DNA of 64,000 nt from Sulfurospirillum sp. (GTDB lineage Bacteria > Campylobacterota > Campylobacteria > Campylobacterales > Sulfurospirillaceae): contig JASFYR010000010.1 in the NCBI GenBank assembly GCA_045047115.1, forward strand, positions 1-64,000. Reading direction: 5' to 3'. The position numbers and the translations under genes were made by a program. Position 1 is the first letter of the stretch, and every line of letters starts with the position of its first letter. This document shows, piece by piece, positions 10,489 to 18,849 of the stretch. Below the pieces are notes generated by a model that did not search any database, had not been told where the DNA came from, and worked only from the letters and a program-made list of their open reading frames with translations.

Positions 10489-11945
10489 AAAAATTAAATA
10501 TACTTTTTGTCGCAAGCGAGGTAGTTCCGTTTGCAAAAACCGGTGGGCTTGCCGATGTAGCGGGTGCACTTCCCAAAGCACTGAAAAAACTAGGACACAA
10601 TATAATAGTCGTGATGCCAAGATACTATAAAATTGACAAATCAAAACTGACTCATATGCCAGGAGCTCTAGGAATTCCTATGGGTCCGATGGGTGAGCTT
10701 TGGGCTGGAGTCTACAGCTCATATCTCCCAAAAAGTGAAGTACCAATCTACTTTATTGATTATGAAGAGTTCTTTGGCAGAAACGGACTTTATGATGAAA
10801 ACGGCGGAGCATACAAAGATAACGACATTCGATTTACTTTTTTATCAAAATCTGCTTTTATGCTTTGTAAAAAGCTTGGTTTTAAGCCAGATATCATACA
10901 TGCAAACGATTGGCATACCGCTGCTATACCTTTGCTTTGCAAAACTAGATTTGTGCACGACTTTGGTGATACAGCTTCGGTTTTGATTATACACAATCTT
11001 CAACATCAAGGTACTTTTTTCAAGGGCATCATAGATATTTTAGAAGTTGGATGGGAACATTTTAATCCTATGGAATTTGAAGACTATGATAGCTTCAACT
11101 CTCTAAAAGGAGGGATTTCAACTGCGGATGCGGTCACTACAGTATCAAAAAAATATGTCCAAGAGATACAGACAATAGAGTTTGGTTTCGGACTGGAAAA
11201 TCACATAAAAGCAAACAGTGCAAAACTATTTGGCATACTAAACGGTGTGGATTACAGTGAATGGGATCCCTCTATCGATGAAAATATAGCCAAAAAATAT
11301 GACACAAACGATATGAGTGGGAAAAAAACTTGCAAAAAAGCTTTGCAAAAACAATTTGGTCTAAAAGTAGACGAAAATATCCCCTTAATCGGTTTTGTGG
11401 GTAGATTTGCAGAGCAAAAGGGTATAAATCTGATAGCTCAAATCATGCACGGCTTAAAAGATTTGGATCTTCAAATGATTATACTTGGTTCCGGAGAGAA
11501 ATGGGCGGAGTATTTTTTCAATGACCAAGCCCAAAAACACAAACATAAGTTTGGCACATATACCGGATACAATGAGACCCTAGCCCACCAGATAGAAGCC
11601 GGGAGCGATATGTTTTTAATGCCCTCACTCTTTGAGCCTTGCGGATTAAATCAGATATACTCCCTTAGATATGGCACACTTCCCATAGTAAGGGCTACAG
11701 GCGGACTGGATGATACGGTAGAGAATTATGATAAAAACAGCTCTTCGAGTAACGGCTTTAAATTTTACGATGCAACGCCAAATGCACTCTACAATACAAT
11801 AAAATGGGCGATAGATGTATATATAAACGAAAAAAAAGAGTTTAAAACGATGCAAAAAAGGGCAATGAAAAAGAGATTTGACTGGGAAAAATCTGCCAAA
11901 GAATATGTAGAGGTATATAGATATGCCTTAGAAAAAAAGAGATAA
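10485..11945 (+). CDS. glgA: Glycogen synthase (paralog 2)
   Basis: KTGGLADV, HANDWH, IHNL, PSLFEPCGLNQ, TGGLDDTV. Confidence 0.95.
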   Translation: MKKLNILFVASEVVPFAKTGGLADVAGALPKALKKLGHNIIVVMPRYYKIDKSKLTHMPGALGIPMGPMGELWAGVYSSYLPKSEVPIYFIDYEEFFGRNGLYDENGGAYKDNDIRFTFLSKSAFMLCKKLGFKPDIIHANDWHTAAIPLLCKTRFVHDFGDTASVLIIHNLQHQGTFFKGIIDILEVGWEHFNPMEFEDYDSFNSLKGGISTADAVTTVSKKYVQEIQTIEFGFGLENHIKANSAKLFGILNGVDYSEWDPSIDENIAKKYDTNDMSGKKTCKKALQKQFGLKVDENIPLIGFVGRFAEQKGINLIAQIMHGLKDLDLQMIILGSGEKWAEYFFNDQAQKHKHKFGTYTGYNETLAHQIEAGSDMFLMPSLFEPCGLNQIYSLRYGTLPIVRATGGLDDTVENYDKNSSSSNGFKFYDATPNALYNTIKWAIDVYINEKKEFKTMQKRAMKKRFDWEKSAKEYVEVYRYALEKKR

Positions 11946-11946
11946 G

Positions 11947-13869
11947 ATGTTGCCTATTTACTACGATATAACAAGATTTAGTGAGCTTGATATTTATCTT
12001 TTCAAAGAAGGAACTCACTCGCAACTCTACAAACATTTAGGCTCCCACTTGATGCAAAGAGAGAGGAAAAATGGAGTCTACTTTGCCACTTGGGCACCAA
12101 ATGCAAAAGGCGTGAGTGTCACAGGAGATTTCAACGGCTACAATCCAAACATACACAAACTAAGACTAAGAGGTGATAACTCAGGCATATGGGAGGGGTT
12201 TATAGAGGGCGTAAAAGAGTTTAATACCTACAAATACCACATATCCAACGACTTTGACAACCCAAATGCCTCCAAGTCTGATCCTTACGCATTTTATGCC
12301 GAGGTTGCACCAAACTCAGCTTCAAGAATTTATGATATAGATAACTTTAACTGGAACGATAAGAGATGGATGAACAAGAGAGCTGAAAAAAACTCTCAAA
12401 AAAGTCCAATCTGCATATATGAGGTACATCTTGGCTCCTGGAGAAGAAAGGTCGAAGAGAACAATAGATATTTAAGCTACGAAGAATCAGCAGTTGAGTT
12501 GGCCAAATACCTAAAAGAGATGGGATATACCCATGTAGAGATTATGCCTATCACAGAATTCCCATTTGAGGGCTCATGGGGATATCAGGCAACAGGGTAT
12601 TTTGCCCCGACTTCGAGATTTGGAGAGCCTAAGGATTTTATGAGATTTATTGAGGTTATGCACCAAAATAACATAGGGGTTATACTTGACTGGGTTCCTT
12701 CTCATTTTGTGACTGATGGACATGGATTGATGAATTTTGACGGAACTTGTCTCTATGAGCACAAAGACCCAAGGCTTGGATACCATCCCCAGTGGGGGAG
12801 TGCCATATTTAACTACGATCGAAATGAAACCAGAGCATTTTTGGTAAGTTCTGCTTCCTTATGGCTTGAAAAGTACCATATAGACGGTATAAGAGTGGAT
12901 GCGGTAGCTTCTATGTTGTATCTTGATTATGCTAGAGAAGATGGTGATTGGTTGCCAAATGAGTTTGGGGGAAATGAAAATTTAGGAGCTATCAAATTTT
13001 TAAGACAACTCAACACAACTTTGCATAACAACTTTGAAAACATCATAACCTTTGCCGAAGAGTCCACAAACTTTCCTCAGGTTACAGGAGAGGTTAAAAA
13101 AGGCGGATTGGGATTTGACTACAAGTGGAATATGGGCTGGATGCACGACATATTGAAGTATATGAAAAATGACCCGCTATATAGACAACACCACCACGAG
13201 GATTTGACTTTTAGTTTTGTCTATATGTATAACGAAAATTACATACTCCCGCTTAGTCACGATGAAGTGGTACATATGAAAGGTTCACTTATCAACAAAA
13301 TGCCCGGAAACAGAGAAGAAAAGTTTGCAAACTTAAGAGCCATGTACTCCTTAATGTATGCACATCCCGGCAAAAAACTCCTCTTTATGGGAGGCGAATT
13401 TGCGCAATTTAGCGAGTGGGCTTATGAAAAAAGTTTGGATTGGCATCTGCTTAAGTCTCAAAATCATCAAGGAATCTCAAAACTTATAAAAAAACTAAAT
13501 GGACTCTACAAAAAAGAGCCTGCTCTCCACATGTACGACTGCCAAAAAGATGGATTTGAATGGATAGATGAGAATGACTACAGTGCAAATGTTATCTCTT
13601 TTATAAGAAAGGCGGACAAAAAAGAGGATAATGTCATAGTGGTATGTAACTTTTCAAACAAACCACATATCGGCTACAGAGTAGGGATCGACGCACAAGG
13701 AGAGTTCAAGGAGATATTTAACTCACAGGATGTAAGATTTGACGGTTGGGCAAAAAAGAGCAAAAAAACAGTAAAAACCAAAAAAACCACAACACATGGC
13801 AGAAGTTATACTCTCGAATTAATACTTCCGCCGTTAAGTGTTGTATATCTAAAGGAGAAGAGATGTTGA
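11947..13869 (+). CDS. glgB: 1,4-alpha-glucan branching enzyme
   Basis: WAPNA, YEVHLGSW, SWGYQ, DWVPSHF, DGIRVDAVASMLY, AEEST, LSHDEVVH. Confidence 0.96.
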   Translation: MLPIYYDITRFSELDIYLFKEGTHSQLYKHLGSHLMQRERKNGVYFATWAPNAKGVSVTGDFNGYNPNIHKLRLRGDNSGIWEGFIEGVKEFNTYKYHISNDFDNPNASKSDPYAFYAEVAPNSASRIYDIDNFNWNDKRWMNKRAEKNSQKSPICIYEVHLGSWRRKVEENNRYLSYEESAVELAKYLKEMGYTHVEIMPITEFPFEGSWGYQATGYFAPTSRFGEPKDFMRFIEVMHQNNIGVILDWVPSHFVTDGHGLMNFDGTCLYEHKDPRLGYHPQWGSAIFNYDRNETRAFLVSSASLWLEKYHIDGIRVDAVASMLYLDYAREDGDWLPNEFGGNENLGAIKFLRQLNTTLHNNFENIITFAEESTNFPQVTGEVKKGGLGFDYKWNMGWMHDILKYMKNDPLYRQHHHEDLTFSFVYMYNENYILPLSHDEVVHMKGSLINKMPGNREEKFANLRAMYSLMYAHPGKKLLFMGGEFAQFSEWAYEKSLDWHLLKSQNHQGISKLIKKLNGLYKKEPALHMYDCQKDGFEWIDENDYSANVISFIRKADKKEDNVIVVCNFSNKPHIGYRVGIDAQGEFKEIFNSQDVRFDGWAKKSKKTVKTKKTTTHGRSYTLELILPPLSVVYLKEKRC

Positions 13870-15113
13870 AGTTTGAAGAAAATTTCACCTATAAAAAAAC
13901 AGATGAAACACAAAAAAAGATAGAAGATACGCTTGAAGCGATGAGACAAGAGATGAATAGCAATGAGACAGGATACTACAAACTGCCCCTGACTTCACAA
14001 GATATTATAAAAAAAATACAATCTCTCCAAGTTGAGTCTTTTTCTCAGATAGTCATCATAGGCATAGGTGGCTCAAGTCTGGGTATAAAAGCGGTTGACA
14101 TGGTACTTAGACCATACAGTAATGCAAAAGAGATACTCTATCTTGAAAATTCAGACCCCATAAGCATAAACCAAACACTTAAAAAGATAAAAATAAAAGA
14201 GGCACTATTTTTTGTCATATCAAAATCTGGTGGCACTATAGAGACTACTTCTATATTTAAAACTGTTATCAACCATTTTGGACTTGATTTGAGTAGAAAA
14301 GATAAAAAAAGAGTTTTTGCTATCACGGATAGTGGCTCAAACTTGAGTGATTTTGCTTCGTTTCATGGTATCACACAATTCAATATACCTCTAAATGTCG
14401 GGGGGAGATTCTCGGTTTTGAGTGCAGTCGGCGTTGCTCCTTTGATAATGGCAGGATATGATATACCAGCTCTTCTTAGGGGAGCAGGAGAGTTTATAGA
14501 GAGATTTTTCAAAAGAGAAGAGGAGCATCTTTTACAAAAAGCTCTATTTTTAAGTGAAAATTCAGATAGAACTCCTATAAATGTTCTGTTTTCCTATGCA
14601 GATGCTTTGGAAAATTTTACAAAATGGTTTGTCCAACTCTGGGCAGAATCACTTGGAAAGATTGACACCAAGGGTAAAAGAGTCGGTCTTACACCTGTTG
14701 GCCTGATAGGAGCAGTTGATCAACACTCATTTTTGCAATTGGTTATGGAGGGAACTCGCGATAAAACTGTTACATTTATAAAAGTAGAAAACTTTGGTAG
14801 TGATTTAACCATACCAAATATCTCTCTGCGTGCCATAGAAAAGACTGATTTTATCAATTTAAAAACTTTCAATACACTCATAAATGCCCAATGTGACGCT
14901 ACGATGCAGAGTTTAGTAGATGCTAAAGTTAGTACAGATATAATTACGCTTGATTTTGTGACTCCTCAAAATATCGGGGCACTTATAGTTTATTATGAAC
15001 TCTTGACCTCAGCTGTCGGAGTGATGCTGGACATAAACACCTATAACCAGCCGGGAGTCGAACTAGGCAAGCAGATACTATATAAAAACTTACAAAAGGG
15101 CAATCAAAAATGA
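13863..15113 (+). CDS. pgi: Glucose-6-phosphate isomerase
   Basis: GIGGSSLG, SKSGGT.ET, GGRFS, QLWAESLGK, DQHS, QPGVELGK; ATG 13863 with AAGGAG SD. Confidence 0.93.
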   Translation: MLKFEENFTYKKTDETQKKIEDTLEAMRQEMNSNETGYYKLPLTSQDIIKKIQSLQVESFSQIVIIGIGGSSLGIKAVDMVLRPYSNAKEILYLENSDPISINQTLKKIKIKEALFFVISKSGGTIETTSIFKTVINHFGLDLSRKDKKRVFAITDSGSNLSDFASFHGITQFNIPLNVGGRFSVLSAVGVAPLIMAGYDIPALLRGAGEFIERFFKREEEHLLQKALFLSENSDRTPINVLFSYADALENFTKWFVQLWAESLGKIDTKGKRVGLTPVGLIGAVDQHSFLQLVMEGTRDKTVTFIKVENFGSDLTIPNISLRAIEKTDFINLKTFNTLINAQCDATMQSLVDAKVSTDIITLDFVTPQNIGALIVYYELLTSAVGVMLDINTYNQPGVELGKQILYKNLQKGNQK

Positions 15114-15238
15114 ACAGATACAGAGCAACAGCTTGTGTTTTAACGCATAAATACATTATATTTTTGGCGCTAGCCAAAGCTTTAGTCGCGAGGAATTTTT
15201 GCGGAATTCACTTCCGTGAAAAAGGGACAATAAAATGA
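15110..15238 (+). CDS. Putative 42-aa bridging sORF (MNRYRATACVLTHKYIIFLALAKALVARNFCGIHFREKGTIK)
   Basis: ATG overlaps pgi TGA and own TGA overlaps glgP ATG; reads through leader element copy C; below ORF-track cut-off; translation unproven. Confidence 0.45.
   Translation: MNRYRATACVLTHKYIIFLALAKALVARNFCGIHFREKGTIK
15161..15234 (+). repeat. Leader element copy C
   Basis: TTTGGC-GCTA-GCCAAA hairpin, AGCTTTAGTCGCGAGGAA core, TTTTTGCGGAA-TTCAC-TTCCGTGAAAA hairpin, AAAGGG SD, then glgP ATG. Confidence 0.88.
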
Positions 15239-16878
15239 AACTCGTCTCATATGATATAAATAAAAAATACCAAAAATCAGTCGCATACTTCTCAATGGAA
15301 TTTGCGATAGATCAAGCCTTGAAGATATATTCCGGAGGACTCGGATTTTTGGCAGGATCCCACATGAGAAGTGTTTATGACCTCAAACAAAATGTTGTAG
15401 GTGTCGGGCTTCTTTGGAGCTTTGGTTATTATGATCAAACTAGAAATGAGGATCGGACACTAAGACCAACTTTTACTAGAAAATTTTACTATTTTTTAGA
15501 AGAGTTAGATGTTGATGTAAAGGTAAGAATCCACAACAAAGATGTAAAAATAAAAGCATTTTTAGTCAAACCTGAGATTTTTGGCTCAGCTCCGATTATT
15601 CTTCTCTCTACTGATATAGATGAAAACGACTATCTAGCCCGAACTATAACTCACAAACTATACGACGGCAATGAAAAAACAAGAGTTGCGCAGGAGATAG
15701 TTTTGGGCATCGGCGGGACAAAAGTATTAGAAGCTTTGACTCATAAAGTTGACATTTACCATATGAATGAGGGGCATGCCTTGCCTTTAGTTTATGAACT
15801 CTATTCAAAATTTCAAAATATGGATGAAGTTCGCAAAAGAGTAGTCTTTACAACACACACACCTGAAGCTGCGGGAAATGAGATACACAATATCAACTTT
15901 TTACAAGAGATGGGCTTTTTTAACGGCTTAAATATACAAACCATAAGAGAAATAAGTGGGTATCAAAACAGTGATGATTTCAGCTTAACAGTTGGGGCAT
16001 TAAAAAGTGCCAAAATAGCAAATGCCGTATCTAAGATCCACGCCAAAGTCTCAAACGAGATGTGGGCACATGTGAAGAACAAATGCAAGATAATATCCAT
16101 TACCAATGCACAAAACAAGAAGTATTGGACAGATAAAACACTCATAAGAAATCTTGATGAGCACGAAGACTATGAGCTGGTGGCAAGAAAAAAACACTTA
16201 AAAAAACTGCTTTTTGATATAGTGGCCGACCAAACAGGAAAAAGATTCGATCCTGAAGTATTGACAATAGTATGGGCGAGAAGATTTGTAGGATATAAAA
16301 GACCTGGACTTTTAAAGTATGATTTAGAGAGGTTTGAAAACCTGATGAGAAGGGTTGATATGCCAGTGCAAATACTCTGGGCAGGAAAACCATATCCGGG
16401 AGATTTTGGAGCGATAGACCTCTTTAACGAACTCATAGATATGTCTCACCATTATAAAAATATGGCTGTCTTGATAGGGTATGAACTTACTCTGTCAAAA
16501 ATTTTAAAACAAGGCAGTGATATCTGGTTAAATACCCCAAGGATCACAAGAGAAGCGAGTGGAACCAGTGGCATGACAGCCAGCATGAACGGCTCTATCC
16601 ACTTCTCGGTAGATGACGGTTGGCATCCTGAATTTGCAAGAAACGGCAAAAATGCCTTCACAATTCCAAAACTAGACCACAATCTGCCTATAGAAGAGCA
16701 GGATAGACTAGACAATAAAAACATGATGGATATACTCGAAAATGATATAATTCCAACATACTACTATGACCAGGAAAAATGGGTAAAAATCATGAAAAAT
16801 GCTATGACAGAAATCGAGATAGATTTTGATTCAGGAAGAATGGCTGATGAATACTATAAAAAGATGTTTAACTCTTAG
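15235..16878 (+). CDS. glgP: Alpha-glucan (glycogen) phosphorylase, short 547-aa type
   Basis: AYFSMEF, YSGGLGFLAG, HMNEGH, FTTHTP, WARR..YKRP, EASGTSGM. Confidence 0.93.
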   Translation: MKLVSYDINKKYQKSVAYFSMEFAIDQALKIYSGGLGFLAGSHMRSVYDLKQNVVGVGLLWSFGYYDQTRNEDRTLRPTFTRKFYYFLEELDVDVKVRIHNKDVKIKAFLVKPEIFGSAPIILLSTDIDENDYLARTITHKLYDGNEKTRVAQEIVLGIGGTKVLEALTHKVDIYHMNEGHALPLVYELYSKFQNMDEVRKRVVFTTHTPEAAGNEIHNINFLQEMGFFNGLNIQTIREISGYQNSDDFSLTVGALKSAKIANAVSKIHAKVSNEMWAHVKNKCKIISITNAQNKKYWTDKTLIRNLDEHEDYELVARKKHLKKLLFDIVADQTGKRFDPEVLTIVWARRFVGYKRPGLLKYDLERFENLMRRVDMPVQILWAGKPYPGDFGAIDLFNELIDMSHHYKNMAVLIGYELTLSKILKQGSDIWLNTPRITREASGTSGMTASMNGSIHFSVDDGWHPEFARNGKNAFTIPKLDHNLPIEEQDRLDNKNMMDILENDIIPTYYYDQEKWVKIMKNAMTEIEIDFDSGRMADEYYKKMFNS

Positions 16879-17125
16879 TCATCTTGTAGATAAAACTAAA
16901 AACTTCCGCAACTGCTTTATATAGGTTTTGCGGAATTTCTTTGTCTATCTCTACTTTACTTAAAAGCTCCACCAAATCTTCGTCTTTTTTTATAGGTAGA
17001 TTATTTTTCTCGGCGATTTTTATGATTTTTTTTGCAATGTCCCCTTTGCCACTTGCTTTTACCTTTGGGGCACTGTCTTTTTCTTTATCATATTTTAGGG
17101 CCACTGCTTTTTTGATTTTAGACAT
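16868..17125 (-). CDS. FlhB C-terminal-domain-like small protein (EscU/YscU/HrcU family)
   Basis: KKAVALKYD..APKV.A.G.G..A.KII..A, EIP..LYKAVAEV; start moved to ATG 17125. Confidence 0.9.
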   Translation of the reverse strand: MSKIKKAVALKYDKEKDSAPKVKASGKGDIAKKIIKIAEKNNLPIKKDEDLVELLSKVEIDKEIPQNLYKAVAEVFSFIYKMTKS

Positions 17126-18053
17126 GCAGACTGATTCCCGTACCTGTTTGTTCATTGTTTGCATATCTTTTAGCCTCTTTTTTAATTTTTTCGTCCTTTA
17201 AAGAATTATGGAGATAAATATTTAAAGGAACCAAACCTACGCTGTTTATTCCTTGCTTTAATATCTGTAGATTTTCTCTCATAGAGTTCAAAAAAATAAG
17301 GTTTTGTGTAAAAATTGAAATATTTATATTTATATCATCAAACAACATAATAAGCAGATCTATCTTTCCATACTCTTTTAATTTTAAATTTATTTCACAA
17401 AAGTATCTCTTCCTTTTAAGTTTCTTGATGCTGATTTGCCCTTCTTCTAACTCTTCCCACAAAAGAGGCAGATACAGTATATTTGCACCTACACTAAATG
17501 ATGCAAGCTGATAGTAGCTTATATTTGCCAACACCTTATCAACCTTTAAAAAAATATCTTTAAAAACCTGGTCTTGTTTTGCTCCGACCTCCTCTTTAAT
17601 CTGCAGAAAAATCGCTTTTGTGTCATTTAAAATATCCTCTTTTGAGTTTGACGCTAATTTTGACTCCAAAAATATGCCCGATTTATCTATATATCTTTGC
17701 AAAGATTTTGCATCCATTTTATCTATATTTAAAAGCAGATTATCTAAAGAATGCAATGATTTAAGATCAATTTGATTGTTTTTAATCTCATTTACGGCAG
17801 ACTTCAACTCTAAAGTAGTACTTTTAATATTCTGCAAGATATTTTTTTCTTTAAGAATCTCCAAAACCATATTTTTGGATTTTTGCTTACCAATTAAATC
17901 TTTAAAAAGTATATCTAGCAATGATTTAATGGAAAGATCTTTGGCTTGCATCTCTTTTGGATTTCCAGTATTTATCTCATTTTTTGCCATATTGCTTTTT
18001 TTGCTATTTTGCATATCTTTTTGGTTTAGGGATAAATTTTTAGATATTTTCAT
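17118..18053 (-). CDS. FliK-like (hook-length control C-terminal domain) protein
   Basis: SGIFLESKL, LPLLWE, CEINL.LKEYGKI segments; immediately upstream of FlhB-like gene. Confidence 0.65.
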   Translation of the reverse strand: MKISKNLSLNQKDMQNSKKSNMAKNEINTGNPKEMQAKDLSIKSLLDILFKDLIGKQKSKNMVLEILKEKNILQNIKSTTLELKSAVNEIKNNQIDLKSLHSLDNLLLNIDKMDAKSLQRYIDKSGIFLESKLASNSKEDILNDTKAIFLQIKEEVGAKQDQVFKDIFLKVDKVLANISYYQLASFSVGANILYLPLLWEELEEGQISIKKLKRKRYFCEINLKLKEYGKIDLLIMLFDDININISIFTQNLIFLNSMRENLQILKQGINSVGLVPLNIYLHNSLKDEKIKKEAKRYANNEQTGTGISLHV

Positions 18054-18727
18054 AAATCTCCAATATTTTTGACAGATACACTTTTACCTCTGCTGTTATC
18101 CTTGCAATACTCTACAATTTTACCATGAAAAAGAGCATAAATCTCATTTAAACCCATTTTTCTTCCATATAGTTCATCTATTTTTTGCCTATTTGAAAGT
18201 ATCCCTTCGCTCATCCATTCCTGTATCTGTTCATAACTCTCAAATTCATATCCGAAAGCCTTTAAAAACCTCTGTGTATAACTATCGACTACAAAAAAAT
18301 CTTTTAAACATCCAAAACAAAGTATTGAATCAGCACTCTCCTGCCCCACTCCTTTTTGGGTTAAAAGCCACTCTCTGCCAACCACTGAGCAAAACTCCTC
18401 AAAACTTCCAAAATCCTTGATGATATTTCTAGCCAATCCCAAAAGATACTTTGCTTTTGTATTATAAAATCCGCTTGGTTTTATAAGAAGTGAAAGAGTT
18501 TTACTATTCATTTTTGCTATCTCTTCAAGTGAGTCAACACCGGCATTTTTAAGATTTTCTAAACTCTTCTCAACCTTCTCCCACTTTGTCTGCTGAGTAA
18601 GTATAGTCCCCACTACAACTTCATAACTACCACTACGAGGCCACCAAAGAGGATCTCTCAACTCTTTAAGATAACCGGCATTTTTCAACATCACAAGCAA
18701 ATCAAAACTGTCATTCGGCATAAACAT
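18050..18727 (-). CDS. HhH-GPD base-excision DNA glycosylase (3-methyladenine glycosylase / endonuclease III-like)
   Basis: WWP, ILTQQTKW, IKPSGFYN.KA, KGVG.ESADSIL, VVDSY. Confidence 0.88.
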   Translation of the reverse strand: MFMPNDSFDLLVMLKNAGYLKELRDPLWWPRSGSYEVVVGTILTQQTKWEKVEKSLENLKNAGVDSLEEIAKMNSKTLSLLIKPSGFYNTKAKYLLGLARNIIKDFGSFEEFCSVVGREWLLTQKGVGQESADSILCFGCLKDFFVVDSYTQRFLKAFGYEFESYEQIQEWMSEGILSNRQKIDELYGRKMGLNEIYALFHGKIVEYCKDNSRGKSVSVKNIGDL

Positions 18728-18849
18728 AACTCCTTAGAAGGTAATTTTGTCAGTATTTTCTCAAGAGACTTCAAAAGAGGCTCAGACCAAAGGGAGGATT
18801 TGTCTCTTTGATAGCTTCTTAAAATAGAGCTGAAATAATAGATATGATA

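Noticed and set aside
13746..13862. N-terminal extension of Pgi in the ORF track (likewise extensions for glgA, the GGDEF-EAL gene, SBP, yaiI, lysR)
   Set aside because: They overlap upstream genes or lack SD; downstream starts have SD sequences or ATGA coupling.
16868..18053. FliK-like / FlhB-like pair as a novel secretion system
   Set aside because: This stand-alone pair is known from many flagellated bacteria; no other export genes are nearby.
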